NCBI GenBank assembly: GCA_038087875.1
Contig: CM075989.1
Span: 4,712,001-4,776,000 of the forward strand
Direction: 5' to 3'
Source of the DNA: Malacoraja senta
Lineage: Eukaryota
Length of the DNA stretch: 64,000 nucleotides
Shown here: one piece after another, positions 46,411 to 60,451 of the stretch
Layout of the letters: the number at the start of each line of letters is the position of its first letter
How positions within the stretch are numbered: the first letter of the stretch is position 1
Notes under the pieces: generated by a model
The model's database searches: none
What the model was told of the DNA's origin: nothing
What the model saw: the letters and a program-made list of their open reading frames with translations, nothing else
Position numbers and translations under genes: made by a program

Positions 46411-49400
46411 TCACAATGGAAATATGTTAACACAATGAAAAATCCTGCAGATGAAGCTTCTAGAGGACTAACAGCAGACTGCTTCTTAAGCAACAAGAGA
46501 TGGATTAATGGACTGGAATTACTCTGTAAGCGAGGCAGAGGATGGCCAAAGCTTGAGCTGGGATTTGAGATATCTGCTAATGATCCGGAAATCAAGCAAA
46601 ACATCACAGTGAATGTTATTGTTGAAGATTCGTCGAAGCCAACGAACAATTTAAGTACCCATTTCTCATCATGGAATAAGTTGATGACTGTGATGGCTTG
46701 GTTTCTTAAAGCCAAAACAAGGTTATTGCTGTTTGCTCGAAAAAGGAGAGAGATTGCTGAAAGTATTTCTGAAGAAGATCCTGAAAAACTAAAGGAAAAG
46801 GTTGAAAAGAAGATGCAAGCCTTTAAGGCATCGTATTGTGGTCGGGGTTTACGCCTTGAGGATCTTCTTGGAGCAGAAAACACAATTATCTCTTTCTGTC
46901 AAAGACAAAGATAAAAAGAAGAGATATTGACGCTAGAAGTTGGAGTACATGGTGTCAAAAGAGACAGTCAATTGTACAAGCTTGATCCGGTATTGGAAGA
47001 AGGACTTCTGAGAGTAGGTGGTCACCTGAATAGACTAGCAATGCCTGAAGAGGCTAATCATCCTATTATTCTCTCGAAGGACTTTCATATTTCAACAATA
47101 TTGTTACAACATCTTCACGAACAGATTGGACATGGAGGAAGAAATTACATACTGTCGAAACTTTGGGTTTTGGGCAGGATACTGGAAATCATGCCGGACG
47201 TTAAAGGTTTGGTGCGTATAGTACAACTTCAGCCTAAGAGCAATGTCTTGGTAAGACCGATAACCAAAATATGTCTGCTATTAGAAGACGAAGGTGAAGA
47301 TGGAAGAATCGCTAAAGAAGTCTGAATGCTAATGTATAATGCATGTTTTTTGTTTTTATTTTTATATATGCTAAGCTTTTATAGCTACTTTTTTAAAATG
47401 TCTATCAGTAATTGCCTCGTTTCTATACACAGAACAATTGTTTTGAGGTGTGTTTGCGGCTGGGATTCTCGCGCAGACTCCCTAGTAGTTAGTTTAGTTT
47501 GAAGAAGAATGGCGGAGAGGTCATAGCTATCGACCATGCACGAGCATGACCACAATTGAATTGAAATGTACTCATACAAGAAGAAGTTTGGATGAATATC
47601 TTACTGTTTTTACTACTACAATTAAGAAACTATTAATCAAGGGGCTGTGTTTGGAAGATTCATCTTTCGACGGCATTGAATGTCTCGTGGAGAGCTCGTG
47701 GGTGCGTATCGATTATCTTCTGATCCAGCAACATTCAGGATGGTGAATCTGTGAAATTCGTTGCCACATTCGGTTGTGGAGGCCAAATCAATTGGTATTT
47801 TTAAGGCGAATGAGAGATTCTTGATTAATATGGGTGTCAGGGGTTATGGGGAGATGGCAGGAAGATGGGGTTGAGAGGGAAAGATAGATCAGCCATGTTT
47901 GAATGGCGGTGTAGACTTGATGGGCCGTATGTCCAAATTCTGCTCCTAGAACGTATGAACATTCATAGGTATTCATAGGTAAACATTTTGTATTCCTTCT
48001 AATTTCCAAATTCTATAAAATGCAGTCTTATCCTGGCCTTAAATGCCCGATGTCCTGGGGGCGGCACTAGGCCGGAGTTGCAACGATCAGCCTGGCCATG
48101 CGTTGCAGTTGATGTTCTCCACTGTTCCGTGTTGTTGCTGCAGGCCGCGTCCGATGCGTGCTCTCGTCTGACCAATGTAGAGCCTCCAGCGACGTCTGAT
48201 CCAACCGTTCCCCGATCCCACACGGTCATCGAGAGATGCTATAGATTCCAAATGGAAAGTATAGATCCCCCTTGGCCAGGTGGTCCCTTGTCTCACCTTC
48301 CATTACAGATGATCTTTATGCCTGGGCTTGGCCTTGCGATCCATTCAATCGTCAACCTGATAGCTTTGGTGTCGGAAACAACTCCAGATGTTGGTTTAAG
48401 CCGAAGATAGACACAAAATGCTGGAGTCATTCAGCGGGACAGGCAGCATCTCTGAACAGAAGGAATCATAGCTTTGGTTGTCTGATGTCCCTTTGTTCTT
48501 TGTCCCCTCCCTATTGAAGCCCACCAGGTCGCCAACACTGGTGCTGTAAGTAGCATTTAACTACCTACATGTGAATACTAGGAATACACCATTATTCACC
48601 ATGAACATGTAGCATGGTAAAACACAAGTGGAGTTAAAATCAGATCATGAATTTGTCACCATCTTTGTGACCCAGTCCCTCCTAAGTGATGGCTTTATTC
48701 CAACATCCCACAGTATTATCTAACATCAAGTGCTACATGAGATAATAGCATTGAGAGGTAACCACAACATTGGTATTTTATCAAATGTCATCGCAGGAAT
48801 GTCAAGTCATTGCATAACACATTTTAATGCACTTCCAATGAACCATGTACCAGACTCTGAGAGGCGTCTTAACCCCGATTATTTAATTTTGATATGAAAC
48901 AAATCTGTTCTCAGTTCAGGCATTCAGCGTTTTTGTGTTGCATTTATAATCAACATGGAAATAGCTGGAAGGGCGGCAGAGTGGCCTTACAGCGCCAGAG
49001 ACCAGGTTTAATCCTGACTATGGGTGCTGTCTATACGGAGTTTGTACGTTCTCCCTGTGACCAAGTGGGGTTTCTCCGGGTGCTCCGGTTTACCTTCCCC
49101 ACTCCAAAGTCGTACAGGTTTTTGTTAATTGGTTTCTGTAAATTGGCCCTAGTATGTCGGATGCAGAAGTGGGGTAACATAGATCTAGTGTGTGGGTGGT
49201 CGTGGGTTGACGTGGACTCAGTGGGTTGAAGGGCCTGCTACCACGTTGTATCTCTATCTCTAAAATCAGCAGCTTGTCTTTATGCAACAGACTCAGAGCT
49301 GGGGTATTGATAAGGCAGAGTGGCGCAGCTGATAGAGCTGATAGACCTTGGGTGCTGTCCATGTGGACTCTCCATATTCTCCCTGCGAACACATGGGTTT

Positions 49401-50296
49401 CTTCTGGGTGTTCTGGTTTCGTTCCATGTTCCCAAGATGTGTGGGTTTATAGGTTATTTGGCCTCTGTAAATTGTGTATCCACCTTCAGACTTTTCAGCA
49501 ACCCAAGCACCTTCTCCTCAGTGAGTGTCTGCACTCACTTCTGCCCGCAGACTGTTGAATTTCTAGCACATTGCTGGTGTCTTCCACAGTAGACTGTTCC
49601 CAAACACTTATTTAGTTCATCCACCATTTCTTTACTTCCCATTACTACTTCTCCAGCATCATTTGACAGTGGTTCAATGTCCACTCTCACCTCTCTTTTA
49701 CTCTTTATAAATCTGAAGATTATTTTGTCCCCTCTTTTATATTATTAGTTAGCTTACCTTCATATTTTCTACCCTTATTGCTTTTTTAGTTCTGTTGGCT
49801 TTTAAATGCTTCCCAATGCTCCATCTTCCCGCTAATCTTTGCCATGTTAGGGTCACGACCCGAAACGTCACCCATTCCTTCTCTCCAGAGATGCTGCATT
49901 TTGTTACTCCAGCATTTTGTGTCCACCTTCGATTTAAACCAGCATCTGCACTTCTTTCCTACACATTTTTCCACTCCTTTGCCATGTTATAAGCCTTTGT
50001 TTTTGCTTGTATGCTGTCTTTAACTTCCTTTGTCAGTCACGGTGACCTCATTCTTCCCTTATTAAATGTCTTCCTCTTTGAGTTGAAAAGGTCCCGCATC
50101 TTCTGAATTACACCCAGAAACTCCTGCCATTGCTGCTCCACTGTCATTACTGCTCGGGCCCCTTTCCAATCAAGTTTAGCCAGCCCCCACCCCCCCCCCC
50201 CCTCATGCCCCTGTAGCTGCCTTCACTCAACAGTAACTCTGATACATCTGATTTCAGCTTCTCCCTCTCGAACTGCAGTTTGAATTTTATCATATC

Positions 50297-51137
50297 CCAA
50301 GACCAAATGTGACCAATGCGCACAACCCGGATACAGGCGCCATCCGAAGCCAATCACCCCCATCGCCCATTCCCCCAACGTAAAACCCATTCCCCAACGC
50401 AACCCGGGCCGAGCCCAGCGAGCGGGGACGAGAAAGTGAAGAAGAGCAAAGGTGCTTTAAAATAAATCTTATCTTTAAAGATGGCGAAAATGAAGCAGTC
50501 AGAATCAAGCGTTGCAGAAGTCGATGTTGAGTCGACCTCAAGCACTGCAGAAGTGACCGTTGGGGAGCTGATGAAGATGTTTTTTAAATGAGCCCCTCAC
50601 GCTGACGTCACTGGAAGGTGGTGGAATATTCTGTTTCACTCTACCGTTGGAGGGGAGGGGATCATTGTGACGTCACTAGAAGCTTGTGTTTTCAAAGGTG
50701 GTTTTGGCTTTTTTTGAAACTTTAATCATGAATCACCCGGGGGGGGGGGGGAAGGGGGCAAAGGTTGTGAATAACCTAGGGGGGATGAGGCGGGGTGTGT
50801 GGCACTCGGCAGCTTGAGAGCCCATTGTGATTGGTGTACTGTGAGTGGCATTGTGACGTCATCACTGGAGGCTGCTGGATAAAGGCTCTCTGTGAGAAGC
50901 GGTTTTTGGCTTTTTTTAAAGCTTTAATCGTGAATAACGTGAAATATAGGATAAAATCTTAAGTCAACCTGTGTACGGTGTGGATGGTAAAAATGTGAGT
51001 TCGAATAAGTAAATATTTTACTAGCTCCTGGCGTTTTGAGGAAGATACAAATACATACATACATACATACATACATACATACGAACATACATACATACAT
51101 ACAGACATACAAGATCAGACTTTTATAGGTATATAGA
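50297..51137 (-). mobile_element. Non-autonomous Helitron (paralog of 28760-29473)
   Basis: A|TCTATATACCTATAAAAGTCTGATCTTG start and a degenerate 3' end. Empty site CATATCA/TGGTCGC in copy 3 (~61026-61040). Confidence 0.7.
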
Positions 51138-52078
51138 TGGTCGCTGCCTCCTAGTGTTTTCTTTACCTTAAACCCCAGAATCAAATCTGGTTCATTGCAC
51201 ATATTTAGAATTGCCTTTTCCCTAGTGGGCTACTCTAAGAAGGCAATTCGTAGGCATTATATAAATAGGTTTGTAGGTTAATTGGCGTGGTGCATGTGTA
51301 AATTGTTCCTTGTGTGTGTTAATGTGTGGGGATCGCTGGTCAGTGCGGACTCAGTGGGCTGAAGGACCTGTTTTCGCGCTGTATCTCTAAAACTAAAAAA
51401 AACTAAAACTACCTACATATTGAAATCCACCATCACCATGGGACCCTTCTTCGTCATTTACCCTAACCCTAAAGCATTTAGATGTCATGTCTTCAACTAT
51501 ACACTGCATCTCAAAACTATAGTTTCTGAATAAGTCAGCACTATTTATGCTCATCTTATCTTTAAGGAGCTGCTCCATGTAGTTATTTTAAAGTCATTGT
51601 TTTTTGGGTTATGAGTTTCACTGACAGTGCCAACATTTATTGCTCGTCCTGAGTTGCCTTGACAAGGTGGTGGTGAACCATCTTCTTGAAGCTCAACAGC
51701 TCTCTGAGGCTCCAAGCGGTGAAGATGATGCCTAAAGACAACAACACAAATTGGCGGTGTATGACCAAATCAGGGTTGTTTGTGGCCTGGAGCTGAATTT
51801 GGAAATAATAGGCGAGCTCGTACATCAGTGGTGAGTCTATCGAACAAGTCGGGTGTATTGAAGGCCTTAACTGTATGCAGCAGGAAACACTTTGTGTTAT
51901 CTCAGGCCGTTTAACACAGCGCACTTAGGACCTTCAATAAACCAATTTGTTCAATAGACTCACCACTGGTCTATGAGCCGTTTAATTTTGTGTCTGTGCC
52001 TATCTGAGTTAAGCCAGATACAGGGTAGGGTGTAGCACAACATTCCCTCTTACAATTCCTGTCTTCATATTGAGATTA

Positions 52079-53582
52079 TCTATACATAACTAAAGCTCTG
52101 ATCTTGTGCTCCTCCGGTTTGCGCTGTTTTTCTATTTGCGCAAAAACAGTACGCAATAGCGCTACGATTTTTTGCCAGCTCACTCACCATCCTTCTGTGC
52201 TGCGAGTGCATCAAGGTTTGTTCTGATCGGTGGTATAATGTAAATGTTAGCGCAGTTTAAATATCGTAAAAACCGTGCGTGTGCAGATCAATCTCCTCAC
52301 CTGCCAGTCAGCGCTGCTCAGATTAGTCTCTTCTCCTGTCACTCCGCGGGACGGTCCGCCCCTTCCTGCGCCATCGCATCTTTACTGGAGCTGAGGGAGG
52401 CCGGCCGATGTCTCCATCCGTACATAGTTTTCGGAGGGACTGGAAGCGGCACGGCGATGTCGCCAAACGGAAAGTGGTGAATCTGATCCTGGGAGGAGAG
52501 CGTCCAGCGCCCGCTGTGAGTCACAAACGCACCACCATCGCAATGCCCCGCAGCTCCAGCTCCTTCCCCTCTGGTCCCCCTCGCTGGTCCCTGCCCCCTC
52601 CCCCATGATACCCCCCTCTCCCCCATGGCTCTTCCCCAGTTCTTTCTCCGAGCTCACCCCACACCCTCCCCCCCCCTCCCCCCCTCCCCCCCTCCCCCCT
52701 CCCCCCCTCCCCCGCCCATACGCCGACTCGGCCGTAGCTACTGTTACTATCAGAGCCGATCCAAGGCCTGGCTCTGAGGGCGCCGACGGTTGATGCTCCT
52801 CCGGGGCACGCAAGAAGGGAGAGGAGCGGCAACCTCGAGATTCTGGGCAGGGAGAGTGGGGGAGGAGAGGAGAGTAGGGAGTGGAGTAGGGAGGGGAGAG
52901 GAGTTATGGAGGGAGGAAGGGAGTGACTGAAGATAGGAGAAAGGAGAGGGAGCGAGAGGTGAGGGATTGGGGAGGGGAGGAGAGGGGAAATAAGAGGGAG
53001 GGTGAAGAGGAGGGGGAGAGTGCTAGGGATGAGGGGAAATGAGCTGCGCCTGCGCAGTTGGGGGCTATGGGTGAGTGGTGGGGTAGTAGCCATTTAGCTT
53101 AACTCAGTATGTTATAACTATAATCAGTTGCCTTTAAATTTGATCTGCCTGTAATGATGTGGGTGGGATTTATACGTTGTCTGAGGCGTGTTTGCGGCTG
53201 GGATTCTCGCGCAGACTCCCTAGTAGTTAGTTTAGTTTAAGAAGATTGGGGGAGAGGTCATAGCTGTCGACCATGCACGAGCATGACCACGATTGAATTG
53301 AAATGTACTCATACAAGAAGAAGTTTGGATGAATATCTTACTGTTTATACTACTACAATAATGAAACTATTAATCAAGAGACTGTGTTTGGAAGATTCAT
53401 CTTTCGACGGCATTGAATGTCTCATGGAGAGCTCGATTATCTTCTGATCCCCTGTCTTCAATTAAAGTGACTAAAGGACTAAATCCTTGTAACAATATAA
53501 AAATCTGTCACTACAGGTGGAATATTGCATTGGGGGACCAAGCCTCCTGTGTGACAGGGACCCAACGGGTCCCACAGTCTAG
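52079..53582 (+). mobile_element. Complete non-autonomous Helitron carrying a BEL solo LTR
   Basis: A|TC start, GGGACCC-AAC-GGGTCCC hairpin, CTAG|T end. Confidence 0.85.
53082..53515 (+). mobile_element. BEL solo LTR with 5-bp TSD GGTGG
   Basis: Matches 34146-34578. GGTGG at 53077-53081 and 53516-53520. Confidence 0.92.
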
Positions 53583-54660
53583 TTCTGTACTAACTGGAGG
53601 ATTGTGCTTATGTACTGGGATAGTCTTGCTGAGCTGTATGCAACAAATGTACAGCACTGTAGCTGGTACAGGTGACAATAAAGAAACTAGTGAACCAGTA
53701 AACCATGTGTAGGATGGAACTCTAGATGCTGGTTTAAACCGAAGATAGACACAAAATGCTGGTGCAATGGTAGAGTTACAGCCTTACAGCGCTTACAGCG
53801 CTTACAGCGCCGGAGACCCGGGTTCGATCCCGACTACTGGTTCTGTCTGTACATAGTTTGTACATTCTCCCTGTGACCTTGTGGGTTTTCTCTGAGATCT
53901 TCGGTTTTCTCCCACACTCCCAAGATGTTAAGGTTTGTGGGTTAATTGATTTGGTATAAATTGTCCTAAGTGTGTGTAGGATAATGTTAATGTGCGGGGA
54001 TTGCTGGTCGGTGCGGACCCGGTGAGCCGAAGGGCCTGTTTCCGCGCTGAATCTGAACTGAACTAAACTAAATTAACCTATAACCCCGCTAGTTTTGGGT
54101 GTTTGAGGGAAACCGGAGCACCTGGAAGAAACCCACACAGTCGCTGGGAGAACGTGCAAACTCCACACAGACAACATTTCCAACGTCAGGATCGAACCTG
54201 GGTCTATGAGGTTGTCAGGTTGCAGCTCTACCAGCTGTGTCATTGTGCTGGCCAAAGTAATTGCAAATCGTTCAGAAAAGTAATCCTTTACTCCTGATCA
54301 ATGATTCGATTGCCACATGTAACTGGGTACAGTGAATTTATTTTGTGTACAATTCAGTAAAATCTTACTGTACATAAGCACAGTCGCTCCTAAGTACAAG
54401 AGTGTAGGAATAGTAGATTACACTGGGGCAATATGCATAGTCCCCACATTTCCAGCACCATGCAGGATGGTGAATCTGTGGAATTTGTTGCCACATTTGA
54501 TTGTGGAGGCCAAGTCAATGGGTTATTTTTAAGGCAAATGATTCTTGATTAGTATGGGTGTCAGGGGTTATGGGGAGAAGGCAGGAAGATGGGGTTGAGA
54601 GGGAAAGTTGGATCACCATGTTTGAATGGCGGAGTAGACTTGATGGGCCGTATGGCCAAA

Positions 54661-57183
54661 TGGGGATGGCATCAAACAGGAAATTAGAAATGCGAGCAAC
54701 AAAGGTAAAACTGTTATAATGGGTGACTTCAATCTACATATAGATTGGGTGAATCAAATTGGCAGGGGTGCTGAGGAAGAGGATTTCTTGGAATGTAAGC
54801 GGGATAGTTTTCTAAACCAACATGTAGAGTAACCAACGAGAGAGCAGGCTATTCTAGACTGGGTATTGAGTAATGAGGAAGGGTTAGTTAGCAGTCTTGT
54901 TGTGCATGGCCCCTTGGGTAAGAGTGACCATAATATGGTTGAGTTCTTTATTAGGATGGAGAGTGACATAGTTAATTCAGAAACAAGGGTTCTGAACTTA
55001 AAGAAAGGTAACTTTCAGGGTATGAGACGTGAATTGGTCAAGATAGACTGGCAATTGATTCTTAAAGGGTTGACGGTGGATATGCAATGGATTGCACTTA
55101 AAGACCACATGGATGAACTACAACAATTGTTCATCCCAGTTTGGCAAAAGAATAAATCAGGGAAGGTAGTGCATCCGTGGATAACAAGGGAAATCAGGGA
55201 TAGTATCAAAACAAAAGATGAAGCATACAAATTAGTCATAAAATGCAGCCTAACAGAGGAATGGGAGAAATTCAGTCTAGAAGAGGAGGACAAAGGGCTT
55301 AATTAGGAAAGGGAACATAGATTATGAAAGAAAACTGGCAGGGAACATAAAAACTGACTGCAAAAGCTATTTATAGATATGTGAAGAGAAAAAGATTAGT
55401 TAAAACAAATGTAGGTCCCTTGCAGTCAGAAACAGGTGAATTGATCATGGGGAACAAGGACATGGCAGACCAATTGAATAACTACTTTGGTTCTGTCTTC
55501 ACTAAGGAAGACATAAATAATCTGCCGGAAATAGCAGGGGACCGGGGGTCAAATGAGATGGAGGAACTGAGTGAAATCCAGGTTAGTCGGGAAGTGGTGT
55601 TAGGTAAACTGAAAGGATTAAAGGCCGATAAATCCCCAGGGCCAGATAGGCTGCATCCCAGAGTGCTTAAGGAAGTAGCCCCAGAAATAGTGGATGCTTT
55701 AGTGATAATTTTTCAAAACTCTTTAGATTCTGGAGTAGTTCCTCAGGATTGGACGGTAGCTAATTTAACCCCACTTTTTAAAAAGGGAGTGAGAGTGAAA
55801 ACGGGGAATTACAGACCAGTTAGTCTGACATCGGCAGTGGGGAAAATGCTATAGTCAGTTATAAAAGATGGGATAGCAGCACATTTGGAAAGTGGTGAAA
55901 TCATTGGACAAAGTCAGCATGGATTTATGAAAGGTAAATCAGGTTTGACGAATCTTATAGAATTTTTCGAGGATGTAACTAGTAGAGTGGATAGGGGAGA
56001 ACCAGTGGATGTGTTATATCTGGACATTCAGAAGGCTTTCGACAAGGTCCCACATAAGAGATTAGTATGCAAACTTAAAGCACATGGTATTGGAGGTTCA
56101 GTATTGATGTGGTTAGAGAACTGGCTGGCAGACAGGAAGCAAAGAGTAGGAGTAAACGGGTCCTTTTCAGAATTGCAGGCAGTGACTAGTGGGGTACCGC
56201 AAGGCTCAGTGCTGGGACCCCAGCTATTTACAATATATATTAATGATTTGGACAAGGGAATTGAACACAACATCTCCAAGTTTGCGGATGACACGAAGCT
56301 GGGGGGCAGTGTTAGCTGTGAGGATGATGTTAGGAGGCTGCAAGGTGACTTGGATAGGTTGGGTGAGAGGGCAAATGCATGGAAGATGCAGTATAATGTG
56401 GATAAATGTGAGGTTATCCACTTTGGTGGCAAGAACAGGAAAGTAGACTATTATCTGAATGGTGGCCGATTAGGAAAAGGCGAGATGCAACGACACCTGG
56501 GTGTCATGGTACACCAGTCATTGAAAGTAGGCATGCAGGTGCAGCAGGCAGTGAAGAAAGCGAATGGTATGTTAGCATTCATAGCAAAAGGATTTGAGTA
56601 TAGGAGCAGGGATGTTCTACTGCAGTTGTACAGGGCCTTGGTGAGACCACACCTGGAGTAGTGCGTACAGTTTTGGTCTCCTAATCTGAGGAAAGACATT
56701 CTTGCCATAGAGGGAGTGCAGAGAAGGTTCACCAGACTTTCATATGAAGAAAGACTGGATAGACTCGGCTTGTACTCGCTAGAATTTAGAAGATTGAGGG
56801 GGGATCTTATAGAAACTTACAAAATTCTTAAGGGGTTGGACAGGCTAGATGCAAGAAGATTGTTCCCGATGTTGGGGAAGTCCAGAACAAGGGGTCACAG
56901 TTTAAGGATAAGGGGGAAGTCTTTTAGGACCGAGATGAGAAAAAAAGATTCACACAGAGAGTGGTAAATCTGTGGAATTCTCTGCCACAGAAAGTAGTTG
57001 AGGCCAGTTCATTGGCTATATTTAAGAGGGAGTTAGATGTGGCCCTTGTGGCTAGAGGGATCAGGGGGTATGGAGAGACAGGATACTGAGTTGGATGATC
57101 AGCCGTGATCATATTGAATGGTGGTGCAGGCTCGAAGGGCCGAATGGCCTACTCCTGCACCTATTTTCTATGTTTATATGTTT
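54661..57183 (+). mobile_element. CR1 LINE, 5'-truncated in the endonuclease domain
   Basis: Same family as 2322-7094, several stops, TTTCTATG tail. Confidence 0.95.
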
Positions 57184-57767
57184 GCATTCCTTCTAATTTC
57201 CAGTTTCTATAAAATGTAGTCTTATCCTGGCCTTAAATGCCCGATGTCCCGGGGGCGGCACTAGGCCGGAGATGCAACGATCAGCCTGGCCATGCGTTGC
57301 AGTTGATGTTCTCCACTGTTCCGTGTTGTTGCTGCAGGCCGCGTCTGATCCGTGCTCTCGTCTGACCACTGTAGAGCCTCCAGCGACGTCTGATCCAACC
57401 GATCCCCAGATCCCACACGGTCATCGCGAGATGCTATAGATTCCAAATGGAAAGTGTAGATCCCCCTTGGCCAGGTGGTCCCTTGTCTCTCCTTCCATTA
57501 CAGATGATCTTTAAGCCTGGGCTTGGCCTTGCGATCCATTCCATCGTCAACCTGATAGCTTTGGTGTCGGAAACAACTCCAGATGTTGGTTTAAACCGAA
57601 GATAGACACAAAATGCTGGAGTCATTCAGCGGGACAGGCAGCATCTCTGAACAGAAGGAATGATAGCTTTAGTTGTCTGATGTCCCTGTTCTTTGTCCCC
57701 TCCCTATTGAAGCCCACCAGGTCTCCAACATTAGTGCTGTAGGTAGTATTTAAATAACTACATGTAA

Positions 57768-58300
57768 ATAGACAATAGACAAAAGACAATAAGTGCAGGA
57801 GTAGGCCATTTGGCCCTTCGAGCCAGCACCGCCATTCAATGTGATCATGGCTGATCATCCACAATCAGTACCCCGTTCCTGCCTTCTCCCCATATCCCCT
57901 GACTCCGCTATTTTTAAGAACTCTATCTACCTCTCTCTTGAAAGCATCCAGAGAACCTGCCTCCACCGCCCTCTGAGGCAGAGAATTCCACAGAATCACC
58001 AATCTCTGTGAGAAAAGGTGTTTCCTCGTCTCCATTCTAAATGGCTTACTCCTTATTCTTAAACTGTGACCCCTGGTTCTGGACTCCCCCAGCATTGGGA
58101 ACATGTTTCCTGCCTCTAGTGTGTCCAAGCCCTTAACAATCTTATATATTTCAATGAGATCCCTCTCATCCTTCTAAACACCAGAGTGTACAAGCCCAGC
58201 TGCTCCATTCTCTCAGCATATGACAATCCCGCCATCCCGGGAATTAACCTTGTAAACTTACGATGCACTCCCTCAATAGCAAGAATGTCCTTCCTCAAAT
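57768..58300 (-). mobile_element. CR1 3' fragment, subfamily with (GTCTATT)n tail
   Basis: SRTRGHSLRI...WNSLP translation. Confidence 0.9.
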
Positions 58301-59475
58301 TAGGTGGAGGAATTCCTCAAATTCCTCAAAATACTAGGAATACACCAGTATTCACCATGAACATGTAGCATGGTAAAATACAGGCGCAGAGTTAAAATCA
58401 GATCATGAATTTGTCACCATCTTTGTGACCCAGTCCCTCCTAAGTGATGGCTCTATTCCAACATCCCACAGTATTATCTAATATCATGTGCTGCATGAGA
58501 TAATAGCATTGAGAGGTAACCACAACATTGGAATTTTATCAAATGTCATCGCAGGAATGTCAAGCCATTGCATAACACATTTTAATGCACTTCCAATGAA
58601 CCAAGTACCAGACTCTGAGAGGCGTCTTAACTCTGATTATTTAATTTTGATATGAAGCAAATGTGTTCTCAGTTCAGGCATTCAGCGTTTTTGTGTTGCA
58701 TTTATAATCAACATGGAAATAGCTGGAAGGGCGGTAGAGTGGCGCATCGGGTAGAGCTGCTGCCTTACAGTGCCAGAGACCCAGGTTTAATCCTGACTAT
58801 GGGTGCTGTCTATACGGAGTTTGTACGCTCTCCCCCAATTGGTCCCTTGAACAAGTATTGTCATTCAATAAGATGACAAATGATTCAACTTGTCCCGGTG
58901 TGCTCCCGTTTTTCACACCATCTCTCCACCTGCCACCCTCCACCCTCCACCCATTCAGTAATTCAAAATGAAGGAGATTTGGAAGCCTTGGGCAAATTGA
59001 ATTGTTACTTATTTTTATTTTTTATTTTTACGGACAGGAGAACAACGTTTTAAAGCATGCACGTTTTAAGATTTATTTTTTTAAGCGATTGACTGCCTTC
59101 CTTGAGTAATTACTCACGGCTCGTGCCTGCTGCGAACACATGGGTTTCTTCTGGGTGTTCTGGTTTCGTTCCATGTCCCAAAGATGTGTGGGTTGATAGG
59201 TTAATTGGCCTCTGTAGATTGTGTATCCACCTTCACATTTCAGCAACCCAAGCACCTTCTCCTCAGTAAGTATCTGCACTCACTTCTGCCCACTGACTCT
59301 CTGTTGAATTTCTAGCACATTGCTGGTGTCTTCCACTGTAGATTGATGCCAAACACTTATTTAGTTCATCCACCATTTCTTTACTTCCCATTACTACTTC
59401 TCCAGCATCATTTGACAGTGGTTCAATGTCCACTCTCACCTCTCTTTTACTCTTTATAAATCTGAAGATACTTTT

Positions 59476-60451
59476 CTTCTTTTAAAATCTTTTTATTCGT
59501 TTTTTTTCCAAAAAGCAAGAACAAAACATAAGAAACAGAGCAAAAAGAATAATGATAAACATAACAATGATATTGATACATAAGGATCAGGATTACATTA
59601 ACAACAGGTATAACCTAATACGAGTCCAGTGTCAAAATACACATTGAATATAGACCTCCTGGTCTCTATGTAAATATAGTTAAATCTTTAAAAGAAAACA
59701 TATATGTAGATAAAAAACACAAATCCTTAATCGGCCGAATCAATGCTATTAAAATGTTCATTTTACCGAAATTTCTGTATTTATTTCAGACTATACCAAT
59801 TTTTATTGCCAAATCTTTCTTTGATACTATAGATTCCAAAATTTCTTCATATATATGGCAGAATAAAAATTCCAGACTAAGTAAAAAATACTTACAGAAA
59901 TCAAAAAAAGATGGTGGTTTGGCATTACCGAACTTTGATTCTACTATTGGGCAGTCAATGTTCATTATCTAACATTTTGGACAAAAGATTTAGAAGATAC
60001 CCAATGCCCAGGATGGATAAACCTTGAACATGATTCCTTACAAGGGCTATCATTGGCTTATATTCTAGGGGCCTTGTTACCTTTTACAATGACGAGATTG
60101 AATAAATATACGACTAACCCAATAATAAGACATACGTTTCGAATATGGTTTCAATTTCGTAAGTTTTTGGACTAAATGATTTTATCTTATCGAGTCCTAT
60201 CTCATCCAATTTTCTCTTCCAACCTTCTAGTACTGATCAAGTCTTTTTGTTATGGAAGAGGAAGAGATTAGTAGCTTTTCGTGATTTGTTTTTGGATGGT
60301 TGTTTTATGTCTTTCGAACAACTCTCCAATAAATATAATTTACCTAATTTACACTTTTTTAGATATTTACAAATTAGACATTTTTTGAAGGCTTCTCTAT
60401 CCCTTTTTCCGCTGCCACATCAAACCGAAATTTTGGAAATCATTTTACATT
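59476..60451. mobile_element. L1 insertion with 5' inversion, 13-bp TSD
   Basis: TGAAGATACTTTT at 59463-59475 and 60452-60464. Tail and 3' UTR on minus (59476-~59720), ORF2 piece SLIGRINAIKMFILPKFLYLFQ on plus. Confidence 0.82.

Larger units (their letters stand above)
34146..47726 (+). mobile_element. BEL/Pao LTR retrotransposon, degenerate, with nested insertions
   Basis: 5' LTR 34146-34578 (TGT...ACA). Gag IPKFDGDPLQY, RT SPSRANFALRK...NFYVDDCL (~40915-41205), RNase H RVAPLKQITIPKMELTAAVLA...FWTDSTTVL (45661-45945), NPADEASRGL, integrase ends LLRVGGHL...GHGGRN and RPITKICLL. Partial 3' LTR ~47438-47726. Confidence 0.93.
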
